A program made the position numbers and the translations under genes. This document shows, piece by piece, positions 29,805-39,438 of a stretch of DNA of 64,000 nt (positions within the stretch are counted from its first letter, which is position 1; the number at the start of each line of letters is the position of its first letter). The notes under the pieces were generated by a model, which was given only the letters and a program-made list of their open reading frames with translations, made no database searches and was not told the DNA's origin. This stretch comes from an uncultured Gammaproteobacteria bacterium (GTDB taxonomy: Bacteria > Pseudomonadota > Gammaproteobacteria > Steroidobacterales > Steroidobacteraceae), in assembly GCA_963769815.1 (NCBI GenBank), contig CAVYNI010000004.1:268714-332713 (forward strand), in the 5' to 3' direction.

Positions 29805-30363
29805 ACCCGCCCTGCGCCAGCCGCCGATCATCGCCGAGACCGATTGGCTGAACACCTTGCCGCCGGCGGCCCGCTGGGTGCTGCACGGCGATGCCCGGGT
29901 ACGCGCCCTGGCAGCCCCCGTATGGGGCGTGGAATTTCCCGATGCGCCGTGCCGCGCGGCCCTCTCCGGAACCCGCGCAGCGCTCTGGCTCGGCCCCGAT
30001 GAGCGGTTGCTGCTCGATTTCGCCTTGCTGGATGGCAGCTCCGAGGCCGCACGCACTTTAAGCGCCGCGCTCGAGCGGGCGACCGCCGAGGCAGGACACG
30101 CGCTGGTCGACGTCAGCCACCGCCAATTCGCGCTCGAAGTGCGGGGCGCACACGCGGAAACCATTCTGCGCGGCGGCTGCCCGCTCGATTTGGACTTAAG
30201 TCAATTCCCGGTGGGCATGTGCACGCGCACCGTCTTCGCCAAGGCCGATATCACGCTCTGGCGGACGCGCGAGGATGCGTTCCACCTCGAGGTGTGGCGC
30301 TCGTTCGCCGGCTATGTCGGCGGATTGCTGCGCGAGATCGCGCGGGAGTTTTATCCCGCATAG
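29797..30363 (+). CDS. soxG: Sarcosine oxidase gamma subunit, operon 2
   Basis: 188 aa. The start overlaps the soxA stop (ATGGCTGA). It has ALWLGPDERLLL and a C-terminal DITLWRTREDAFHLEVWRSFAGYV, as in SoxG proteins. Confidence 0.85.
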   Translation: MAEPALRQPPIIAETDWLNTLPPAARWVLHGDARVRALAAPVWGVEFPDAPCRAALSGTRAALWLGPDERLLLDFALLDGSSEAARTLSAALERATAEAGHALVDVSHRQFALEVRGAHAETILRGGCPLDLDLSQFPVGMCTRTVFAKADITLWRTREDAFHLEVWRSFAGYVGGLLREIAREFYPA

Positions 30364-30405
30364 CGCGGCTCGATTTGCGCCGCTCGAGACTCTAAGCTGC
30401 AGGGC

Positions 30406-32431
30406 ATGTTGAGCAACAAAGACTCCGAGGCCTTGCGCGCGGCCTATACCGAGGCGCGGAAGATGCTGCGCCTTGGGCGAGCCGCCACGGCCGAGCGGCA
30501 GCTGCGCGCCATCCAGGCGGCCGCGCCCGGCGAGGTGCAGAGCCTGCGACTGCTCGGTGTCGCATTCCTCGACCAAGACAAGACCTCCGCGGCCGTCCAG
30601 GCGCTCGAGCACGTCGTGGTCGCGGAGCCTGCGTTCGCCGACGCGCGCGTTGATCTTGCGCGCGCTTATCGTCGCGCCGGGCAGCCTGCGCGGGCGCGCG
30701 AGGAAATACGGCACGTGCTTGATTCCCAACCGAACCACCACCGCGCGTGGCTCGCGTACGGGGATGTGCTCGCCGAGCTCGAAAAGTACCCGGATGCGCT
30801 CGTGGCCTTCGAGCGCGCGCGACTGACCGACCCGCAGCGGACACGGATCGAGGCGGCGACGGCCGCCCTCGTGGCGGACGAGCGCCGCAAACCCGAGGAG
30901 CTGTTCCGCGAGATCCTCAGTGAGGAACCGGATCATGTGGCAGCGCTTTGTGGACTTGCGGCGCTCGCCTTGAGTGCCGATCGCCCAGCCGACGCCGAGC
31001 GACTTCTGCGCCACGCATTGCGGCAGTCCGCCTATATCCCGCTCGCCTATCGGGGGCTGGGTCCCGCGTTGGTGCGACTCGGGCGCCTCAAGGAGGCGGA
31101 GGCGGCCGTGCGATATCTCGAGAAGATCGAGCCTGACAGCCCGCAAACCTGGGTTGCGATCGCCTCCGTCGCCACGCGCATGATGCGCCAGGAAGAGGCG
31201 CTTGACGCGTATGAGCGCGCGGCGCTTCTCAAGCCCGATGAGGCGGGCCTGCGCATCTCCGCCGGGCATCTGCAGAAGACCCTTGGCCGGCGCCGCGAGA
31301 GCGAGGCGTCCTACAAGGCGGCGCTCGAGGTCGATCCCGGCCGAGCGGAGGCGTGGTGGTGCCTCGCCGACCTCAAGAATTATGTCTTCAGCGACGCGGA
31401 CATCGCCGCGATGCAGCGGCAGTTGTCGAACGAGGAGCTGCAACGCTCCACCGAGGCGCAGCTGCACTTTGCGCTCGGCAAGGCGCTGGAGCAGCGCGAG
31501 GCCTACGCGCAATCCTTCGCGCACTACGCTTCGGGTAATACGTTGCGCCGTCTGGATGAGCCGTTCGACATCGAGGTCTTCGAGCGCCGCTGTGCACGCA
31601 TCAGGGCGTTCTTCGACGCCGACTTCTTCGCAGCGCATCGCGGCGCGCCACCCGAGTCCCGCGCCGATCTTCATCGTCGGCTTGCCTCGCTCCGGCTCGA
31701 CGCTGCTCGAGCAGATCCTCGCCAGCCACTCGCAGGTGCAAGGCACCATGGAGCTGCCGAACATCCTCAACATGGTGGCGCAGTTCGACGACCTGACCCC
31801 CGGCCGTGACGGCTATCCCGAGACGGTCAGCCGCGCATCCTTCGCGCAGCTCGCCGCGCTCGGCGACCGCTATCTCGAGGAGACCGCGCCGCTGCGCTCG
31901 GGACGTCCGCACTTCACCGACAAGCTGCCCAACAATTTCAGCCATATCGGCCTGATACACACGATCCTGCCAAATGCCACCCTCATCGACGCGCGCCGGC
32001 ACCCGATGGATGCGTGCTTCAGCGCCTTCAAGCAGCACTTTGCCGAAGGACAGACCTTCAGCTACGACTTGACAGACCTAGGTCTCTATTACCGCTGCTA
32101 CCTGTCTCTTATGGACCACTGGGACACCGTGTTGCCGGGCAAGGTGCTGCGAGTGCAATACGAGGCACTGGTACGTGAGCCGGAGGCGCAAATTCGCCGC
32201 CTGCTGGCGCACTGCGGCCTCGCTTTCGAGCCCGCCTGTCTGAATTTTCACGCCACGCGCCGCGCGGTGCGCACGGCGAGCGCCGAGCAGGTTCGCCAGC
32301 CGTTGTACAGCTCGGGGGTCGACTATTGGCGCCATTTCGAGCGCGAGCTCGAGCCCCTGCGTCGCGCGCTCGGTGACTGCTTGGGGCGTTTCGCGGAGCC
32401 GTCGGCCGAGACGGTACTGAACGGGCGTTGA
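30406..32431 (+). pseudogene. TPR-repeat / sulfotransferase protein (copy 2); one frame break near 31659
   Basis: The TPR part lies in ORF 30406..31809 up to ...FFAAHRGAPPES. The sulfotransferase part lies in the frame of ORF 31202..32431 (APIFIVGLPRSGSTLLEQILASHSQVQGTMELPNI...). It is colinear with copy 1. The break is at a short C run (gagtcccgcg). Confidence 0.8.
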
Positions 32432-32519
32432 CTAACGGCCGTCACAGCGACGATCATCACGCAGGTCGTCCGTAGGTGCGACCGAATCAATAAATAGCAT
32501 CAATCGAGAGGGATAGTCC

Positions 32520-34961
32520 ATGGGGTCGAAGCCAAAGCTACGGGCGAGCAGGGTAAATGGTGTCCCGGTGGGAGGCTCGCGCCTCCGGTTTGCCGTTGCC
32601 GCGGCGCTGGCCGGCGCCGCACTCCCACACGCGTTGCCGAGCTTCGCCCAGGTGGCACCTGGAGCGTCCGAGCCGTCCGCATCCGGCGGCCTCGCGGAAA
32701 TCGTAGTCACGGCGCGCAAGGTCGCGGAGAACCTGCAGGAAGTTCCCATCAGTATCGACGTCTTCACTGCGAAGGACATGAAAAACCTCGGCATCGCCAG
32801 CATGGACGACTACTTGCAGAAGACGCCGTCCATCTCGTACATCAGCACAGGTCCCGGCACCCAGCTGTTCGTGATGCGCGGGGTGTCCGACGGCAGCAAC
32901 CCCAACTATCCGAACACCGCCTCGACGGGCTTCTTCGTCGATGACCTGTCGATGAACTACGAGCGGTGGCGCAGCCCGACCTGCATCTCTACGACATCGA
33001 GCGCATCGAGGTGCTGAACGGACCACAGGGCACGACCTACGGCGCGGCCGCCATGTCCGGTGCGATTCGCTACATCACCAACAAGCCGGACCTGCACGCC
33101 TTCAGCGCCGGCGTCGACACCGACGTCGGCCGTATCCAGTCCGCCGCGCACCAATCAGACCTACGAGGCGTTCGTCAACATTCCGCTGATCGACGGCGTC
33201 CTGGGCTTCAGGGCATCGGCCTTCAGTGTCTCCAACGGCGGCTTCATCAACAACCAGTTGACGACACGCACCTGGGTCAACGGTGCCGTGTCGAACAATG
33301 CGGAGTGGGCGGGCCACGACTACAACCATGAGAACGTCAAGGGCGGCCGCCTGGCGCTCAAGGCGCAGTTCGGCGAGGACTGGAACGCGCTGCTCACCTA
33401 TGGCTTCCAGCAACAGCACACCAACGGTGCGTGGGACGAGGATCCGACCCTGGCGCCGCGCACCGTGGCGCGCTTCGGCCCGGAGCAGAACCTGTTCGAG
33501 ACCAACATGGTCGATTTCCACCTCGATGGCGATGTCGGCATCGGCGATCTGGTGTTCGCCAGCGCGTTCTGGAACCAGGAACGGCGGCAGTGGAACGAAT
33601 ATTCCGAATACGAGCAGAACTACAACGGGGGCACCCAGGAAGGCTTTACCTGCCTGAACGACCCCTATTACGGAGGCGGCCCCTTCACGGGCTGCAACCC
33701 GGCGACGCAGTTCTACTCGTACAACGTCAATCCGCAGCGCTGGTCGAACGAGCTGCGCCTCTCGTCCAAGGTGGGCGGACGATTCCATTGGCTCGTGGGC
33801 GGATATTGGCAGGTCACCAACGATCACAACTACAGCAATACGTACTACATGCCCGGGCTGCAATACAAGGGTGCGGCGTTCCAGTACGAGCTCAACGCCT
33901 ATCATCTTACTCAGGCTTCGCTGCCGCCCGGTGTCTGGTACACCTACACCGAGACCAGCCACGACCTCGAGACCAGCGAATTCGCCAACATCAGTTTCGA
34001 CGTGACCGACAAGCTGAATGTGGAAGCGGGCGCCGTCTACTTCCACTCCTATTCGAACTTACGACACGCCGGTATTGGGCTTTGCCTACGCGCCCAACAC
34101 GCCGAGCGACTTCAGCGAGACCTCGCACAAGACGGACGGCAAGGCCGGCGTCAACTACAAAATCACCGATCACGTGCTGGCCTACGCCGATTGGGCGCAG
34201 GGCTTCCGGCCGGGTGGCAGCAATTCCGGATTACCTTCCGGTTGCTACAGCAATGGCGTGACCCAAACCTATACTCCGGACACGCTCAATAACTACGAGG
34301 TTGGCTGGAAGACGACCAGCCAGGGCGGGCGCCTGCTTGTGGAACGGCGCGGCCTACTACATGGACTGGAAAAATCTGCAGGCGCTCATCTATGACGCCG
34401 CGGTCTGTCCCACTTCGAGCTACAACATCAACGTCGGCGACGCGCGCATCTACGGCATGGAATCGAACGTCGACTACAAGATCGACGAGCACTTGACGCT
34501 CCAGGCATCGGTCAACTATACCGACGCCCGCGTAACATCCGCATCCACGGCCGCCTACGACAGTTACGTCAATGAACGGCTGCCGTTTGCGCCGTACTTC
34601 AGCTGGAGCTGGAACGGCGCGCTACCAGAGACACGTCGCCAGCGACCTGCAGGGCTACCTGCAGTTCGATATGGCGGACAAGGGCGACATGTTCAACGGC
34701 CTCAATCCGGACGACAAGAACACGGGATTGCCGCGCATTCTGCAGCCCTCGTACATCATCATGAACCTGCGCATGGGGGTCAACCCCGTCGGTGAGGCTT
34801 GGTTTGCGGAGTTCTACGTCACCAATCTCGCGAACAAGAACGCGATCGTTTACAGCAATACCGGCAACTTCGACCTGCGGCTCACCACCAACGAGCCGCG
34901 CGTCTTCGGCGTGAGGTTGTCCTATCGCTGGGGCAAGGCGACGGCCAACAACACCGAATGA
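32520..34961 (+). pseudogene. TonB-dependent receptor (copy 2); about 5 frame breaks (near 32967, 33145, 34057, 34338, 34622)
   Basis: Signal peptide and plug (EIVVTARKVAENLQEVPISIDVF...), then AQPDLHLYDIERIEVLNGPQGTTYGAAAMSGAIRYITNKP / TNQTYEAFVNIPLIDG... (about 300 codons) / YDTPVLGFAYAP...GFRPGGSN...NNYEVGWK / WNGAAYYMDWKNLQALIYD... / RYQRHVASDLQGYLQF...FGVRLSYRW... stop. It is spread over six listed ORFs and is colinear with copy 1. Confidence 0.8.
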
Positions 34962-34986
34962 ACGCGGCCGGGCAAGCGCCGAGCGT

Positions 34987-35991
34987 TCAACAACGAGGAC
35001 TGACGAGCTCCGCGATCCGCAGCGCCATGGGGTAAGGCCCGGGCGCATCGCGGTTGGTGAGCACGAGCACCGTCACGCGGCGCCCGGGGAAGCGCACCAC
35101 GGCGTTGCGGAATCCGATCGATTCGCCCGAGTGCCACACGTGATCGCCGGTGATGCGCCACCCGAACCCATAATCGACCGTCGGATCATCGGTGGGCGTC
35201 GCCGCCGTGAAGGCGAGACGCAACGACTCCGGGCTTAGCAGCCGGCCGTCCGAAAGCGCCCCATCCCATTTCTGCCAATCCTCGACCGACGAGTAGATCC
35301 CGCCGTCGCCGAGCACTGCGCTCGTGAGGCTCTGGTCCGTTCGCAGCCAGCGGCCATCCCGCTCGCTGTAGCCGTACGCGCGCTCGAGCACGGTCGATAC
35401 GCCTTCTTCGTGCGCCACCGTCTGACGCATGTCGAGCGGTGCGAAGATGCGGGTACGCAGCAGTGTGGCGAAATCGAGGCCCGACGCGGCGGCGGCGGCG
35501 AGCGCGAGCAGCGCATAACCGCTGTTGCTGTATCGGTAGCGGCTGCCGGGCGGAAAATAGGTTCGATCCACGGATTCCAGCAATCGCAGCACATCGGCAT
35601 CGCGCAGTTGATTCCGGCGGCTCGCGGGGATGAGATCCTCGTAGTCGATGATTCCGGAGGTGTGCGTGAGCAGATGGCGCAGCGTCACCGCATCCGCCCA
35701 TGTCGGCAGGCTCGGCAGCCACGCGCGGATGCTGGCATCGAAACGCAAGCGCGACTCTTCCATGAGCAGAAGCACGGCCGCCGCCGTGAACTGCTTGGTC
35801 AGCGAGGCGAGACGGTAGTTGGTCGCGGTGCTTGCCGTGACCCGATGCTCGAGATCCGAATAGCCGTAAGCCCGGCGCGCGACTGACCTTCCCTCACGCA
35901 CGACCAACACCGAAGCCCCGGGCACCTCGCCCTGATAGGCCTGCATCAGCGAATCGATGTGCGCGGTGACCTCGTCGGGGCGATTTGCCAC
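34987..35991 (-). CDS. Serine hydrolase of the beta-lactamase/esterase (class C-like) family, no signal peptide
   Basis: 334 aa. S-x-x-K motif in YRLASLTKQFTAAAVLLL, and a YSNSGY block. GTG start at 35991; the exact start is uncertain. Confidence 0.8.
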   Translation of the reverse strand: MANRPDEVTAHIDSLMQAYQGEVPGASVLVVREGRSVARRAYGYSDLEHRVTASTATNYRLASLTKQFTAAAVLLLMEESRLRFDASIRAWLPSLPTWADAVTLRHLLTHTSGIIDYEDLIPASRRNQLRDADVLRLLESVDRTYFPPGSRYRYSNSGYALLALAAAAASGLDFATLLRTRIFAPLDMRQTVAHEEGVSTVLERAYGYSERDGRWLRTDQSLTSAVLGDGGIYSSVEDWQKWDGALSDGRLLSPESLRLAFTAATPTDDPTVDYGFGWRITGDHVWHSGESIGFRNAVVRFPGRRVTVLVLTNRDAPGPYPMALRIAELVSPRC

Positions 35992-36000
35992 GCCGGCGCC

Positions 36001-36742
36001 TCAGTTCATTTTCATGGCCGGCATGCCCGAGCTGTCCATGTTGTCATGCCCGGCATCGTCGTCGGTCGTGGACCAGCACGAGCTTGGGATCTTTCTCCAG
36101 GGGGTACACGTGCACCATCCAGCCGAAGATGTGCGGATAGAACGTGCCGCCCGCGGCATCGCACGTCTCTTTCGTGTCGATTGAGCCCAACAGGCCGTAT
36201 TTCGCGTTGGGGCCGAAGTACTCGGCCTTGTGCCCCGCGGGCGCCCTGCAAAAATTGACGTGCTGGTGCCACCGGGCAATGCTCAAGGGAATTCGATCGT
36301 CGATCTCGGCGAGAGGGGCGTCGACGCGATCGGTGTACATCACGCCCACGAGCCGGTATCCGCCATCCGTCGTCTTCTTGTACAGGAGCGAGGTGGGCTT
36401 CGAGGGATCGAACTGCGAGCGGGCCGCCAACGCATTCGCCGTGTTGGTGAAGTGATACTGGGGCTGCGGGACATTCGGCAGAAAAATCTCGTAGCCATCC
36501 GCGATCGCCTTGCGATAGTCCTCGTACGGCGCCATCGCCTTCTTGGCGGCGGCAACGATGGCGTCCGCTTTCTGCGCATCGCCCGGAGCCTGGGGTCGAA
36601 GCTCGGTCATGTGCATGTGACCCGCCATGCCCGACATCTCGGACCCGCCGGGCGGCGACGCATCGGCGGCGAGCGCGACCAGCGCTCCCGAGAAAACGCG
36701 AACCCAGAACCGACGATGGCAGCGGACCCGATGGATCGGCAT
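36001..36742 (-). pseudogene. Secreted protein of unknown function with Met/His-rich termini; frame break near 36076
   Basis: ATG 36742 (MPIHRVRCHRRFWVRVFSGALVALAADA signal-like). The mature N-terminus is GGSEMSGMAGHMHM. The body lies in the frame of ORF 36044..37480 up to ...HVYPLEKDPKLV. The C-terminus WSTTDDDAGHDNMDSSGMPAMKMN stop lies in the frame of ORF 36001..36279. Confidence 0.55.
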
Positions 36743-36847
36743 GTGGCACCTCGAGCAAGGCCGGGCACGAGGCCGCGGCGCAGTCTGTGGAATTGGGCAA
36801 AGCGAGGTTATCATGGGCGTCGCCCGCCGCCGGCACAAAGGATCGCG

Positions 36848-37945
36848 TTGACGTACCGCCCGCTCCGCGCCGAATGGTTTTTGGTGGCCAGCGTCGCCAC
36901 CAGCCTCGCATTCCTCCTGCTCGGGGATAAGCTCCACGATGATTCTCTCGGGCCCGCGGCGCAGTCGGTGGTGTTCGTCTGGCTTTTCGCCTCGATTCTG
37001 GGCTCGGCGATGGCGGTCGTGCGTCACGCCGAGCACCTTGCCCAACGGCTCGGCGAACCGCTCGGCACGCTCATCCTCACGCTGGCCGTGACGGTCATCG
37101 AAGCGGCGAGCATCCTGGCCGTGATGCTGCATTCGCGCGATCAGCCCACCGTGATGCGCGACACGGTGTTCGCCGTCATCATGATCATCCTCAATGGCAT
37201 GGTCGGAACCTCGCTCCTGGTGGGCGCCTTGCGGCATCGTGAGCAGTCTTACAATCTGCGGGGAGCGAACACTTATCTCAGCGTGATCATTCCGCTCGCG
37301 GTGCTGAGCCTCATCATGCCCGACTTCACGCAAACCACCCCGGGACCGACGCTCTCGTTTGCGCAGCAGGTGTTCCTCGCCGTCATGTTCCTTGGCTTGT
37401 ATGCCGCCTTTCTCGCGGTGCAGACCGGCCGCCATCGCGGATACTTCATGTTGGAATCCGAAGGGGATGCGGCGCACCACCTCGCCGGCGGCTCATCGAC
37501 CACCACGCATGCGGTGCTTCTCGTCGCTTACATGATTCCCGTCGTGTATCTCGCCGAGCAATTCGGTCAACCGATCGTCGCGATGATCGCGCGGCTCAAC
37601 GCACCGGTGGCGCTCGGCGGCATCATCATCGCGGCGCTGGTGGCCACACCCGAAGCGATCGGTGCCGTGCGGTCGGCGCTTGCAAATCAATTGCAGCGAT
37701 CGATCAATATTTGCCTCGGGTCCCTCCTTGCCACCATCAGCCTCACGATTCCCCTCATGCTTCTGGTCAACCATTTTTTGGGAGCGCCGATCTTTCTCGG
37801 TCTTCAGAACACGAGCTTCGTGATGCTGGTGCTGACGCTCGCGCTCAGCATCGTGACCTTCTCGAGCGGACGCACCAACGTCCTTCAAGGGGCGGTGCAC
37901 CTGCTCCTGTTCATCGCGTACATCCTGCTGACCTTTCAGGGCTGA
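36848..37945 (+). CDS. Cation (Ca2+)/H+ antiporter family membrane protein (CaCA/ChaA-like)
   Basis: Protein-like part of ORF 36230..37945. About 11 hydrophobic segments and two internally repeated alpha-repeat-like regions (GEPLGTLILTLAVTVIEAA; ALVATPEAIGAV). There is no in-frame ATG. TTG 36848 is chosen, and the start is uncertain. Confidence 0.75.
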   Translation: MTYRPLRAEWFLVASVATSLAFLLLGDKLHDDSLGPAAQSVVFVWLFASILGSAMAVVRHAEHLAQRLGEPLGTLILTLAVTVIEAASILAVMLHSRDQPTVMRDTVFAVIMIILNGMVGTSLLVGALRHREQSYNLRGANTYLSVIIPLAVLSLIMPDFTQTTPGPTLSFAQQVFLAVMFLGLYAAFLAVQTGRHRGYFMLESEGDAAHHLAGGSSTTTHAVLLVAYMIPVVYLAEQFGQPIVAMIARLNAPVALGGIIIAALVATPEAIGAVRSALANQLQRSINICLGSLLATISLTIPLMLLVNHFLGAPIFLGLQNTSFVMLVLTLALSIVTFSSGRTNVLQGAVHLLLFIAYILLTFQG

Positions 37946-37982
37946 TGCGCGGGCCCTTAAGGGATTGTGATGCAAGCGGCAG

Positions 37983-38013
37983 TATGTAAACCCTTAATGC
38001 AACTTATGTAAAC
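37983..38013 (+). repeat. Direct repeat TATGTAAAC x2, 22 bp apart start to start, in an AT-richer intergenic region
   Basis: Read directly at 37983..37991 and 38005..38013. The 10-bp palindrome CCCTTAAGGG lies just upstream at 37954..37963. Confidence 0.5.
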
Positions 38014-38054
38014 TTGGCCGCCGTGTCGCACGGAGGTCGGATAATTTCGGTCAT

Positions 38055-38375
38055 ATGCTGATCGAGACAGGGAATAGTCCGGACGAGACCACGGCCAAGG
38101 GCCCAAAGCGGGGCCCGAACAAGCAATGGCATGCAGTGGCGATCGTCCCCGGCGCGAGAGCCTGCGCGGCCGCAGAAGGCTGCAGGGGGCGCCGCTTTCT
38201 GTCCAAGGAGGCGCCGCGGCTACCGCTGCAAGAGTGCAACACCGCGGAATGTCGCTGCAAATACCGCCACTACGAGGATCGTCGCGGCCCACCCCGGCGG
38301 GGCGAGGGAAAGAAAGGTGCCCCGCGCACGACCGACGATCGCCGTCAAACTCGCGGCCGCCGCGAGACCGACTGA
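38055..38375 (+). CDS. Hypothetical small basic Cys-containing protein (106 aa)
   Basis: High third-position GC across the ORF. The sequence ...WHAVAIVPGARACAAAEGCRGRRFLSKEAPRLPLQECNTAECRCKYRHYEDRRGPPRR... reads as protein-like. There is no convincing Shine-Dalgarno sequence. The stop is 1 nt from the convergent aldolase stop. Confidence 0.4.
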   Translation: MLIETGNSPDETTAKGPKRGPNKQWHAVAIVPGARACAAAEGCRGRRFLSKEAPRLPLQECNTAECRCKYRHYEDRRGPPRRGEGKKGAPRTTDDRRQTRGRRETD

Positions 38376-38376
38376 T

Positions 38377-39435
38377 TCACGCGAGCTCGCGGATCTCCCG
38401 CAGAAAATCCTCCACGTCCGCCTCGGTGGTGGCATACGACGTCACGAGCCGGACCGCCGCGCCTTCGGGGACTTCGCAGAGCGGCCAGCGATAGAAATGA
38501 AAGCCCGCCTTCTCGAGACGCTCGATCAGCTTATCCGGCAGCGCGACGAATAGCTCGTTCGCCTCGACGCTCTGCAGCAGACGCGCGGCACCGATATCCG
38601 CCAGACCTCGAGCGAGCCGCGCGGCCATTGCATTCGCCTGCCTCGCATTGCGCAGCCACAGGCCATCCTCGAGGTAAGCGAGGAGTTGGCAGCTCAGGTA
38701 ACGCAGCTTCGACCACAGATGCCCCGCCTGCTTGCGCCGTCGCTCGAAGTCCCCGGCGAGCGAGCGATCGAAGAATACGACCGCCTCCGCGCATAGCGCA
38801 CCGTTCTTCGAGGCGCCGAGCGAGAGCACGTCCACGCCGCGCTTCCAAGTCGCTTCCGCCGGCGTGCAATCGAGGCTCGCCAGCGCATTCGCAAAGCGTG
38901 CGCCGTCCATATGCACGTGCAGCCCATGCTGCTTCGCTGCGGCCGTGAGCGCCGACAGCTCCTCGAGCCCGTAGACGGTCCCGAACTCGGTCGCCTGCGT
39001 CACGCTGAGCGCCGAAGGGCGCACATGATGCACGCCCATCTCCTCGGCGAACGCAACGGCTGCGGCGAGCGCCTGCGGGGCGACCTTGCCCGTCGGCGAG
39101 GGCAACCCGAGCAGCTTTGCGCCGCCGGTGTAGAACTCCGGCGCGCCGCACTCGTCGGTCACGATGTGCGCGGTGGCATGACAATAGATGCCGCCGTACG
39201 GGGGCACGATCTGCGACAAGGCGAGCGCGTTGGCCGCCGTGCCGGTCGACACGGGGTAGATCAAGACCTCCGTCTCGAATACGGCGGACGCCACCTGGGT
39301 CAAGCGCTCGGTAAAGGGATCGGCGCCGTAGGATCCGGAGGGAGCCGCGTTCGCCGCTTGAATCGCGGACATGATGGGCGCGCAGACCGGAGACACATTG
39401 TCGCTGCCGAAGTTACGAGTCAACGGGTCTGCCAT
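38377..39435 (-). CDS. PLP-dependent low-specificity threonine aldolase (beta-eliminating lyase family)
   Basis: 352 aa. NFGSDNVSPV N-terminus, STGTAANALAL, HVHMDGARFANA, and the PLP-lysine block VLSLGASKNG. Confidence 0.85.
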   Translation of the reverse strand: MADPLTRNFGSDNVSPVCAPIMSAIQAANAAPSGSYGADPFTERLTQVASAVFETEVLIYPVSTGTAANALALSQIVPPYGGIYCHATAHIVTDECGAPEFYTGGAKLLGLPSPTGKVAPQALAAAVAFAEEMGVHHVRPSALSVTQATEFGTVYGLEELSALTAAAKQHGLHVHMDGARFANALASLDCTPAEATWKRGVDVLSLGASKNGALCAEAVVFFDRSLAGDFERRRKQAGHLWSKLRYLSCQLLAYLEDGLWLRNARQANAMAARLARGLADIGAARLLQSVEANELFVALPDKLIERLEKAGFHFYRWPLCEVPEGAAVRLVTSYATTEADVEDFLREIRELA

Positions 39436-39438
39436 CGT

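Noticed and set aside
12754-30363. The two sox operons as a recent inverted duplication or recombination substrate
   Set aside because: The protein sequences are only about half identical by eye, and the nucleotide sequences do not align as repeats. These are ancient paralogues.
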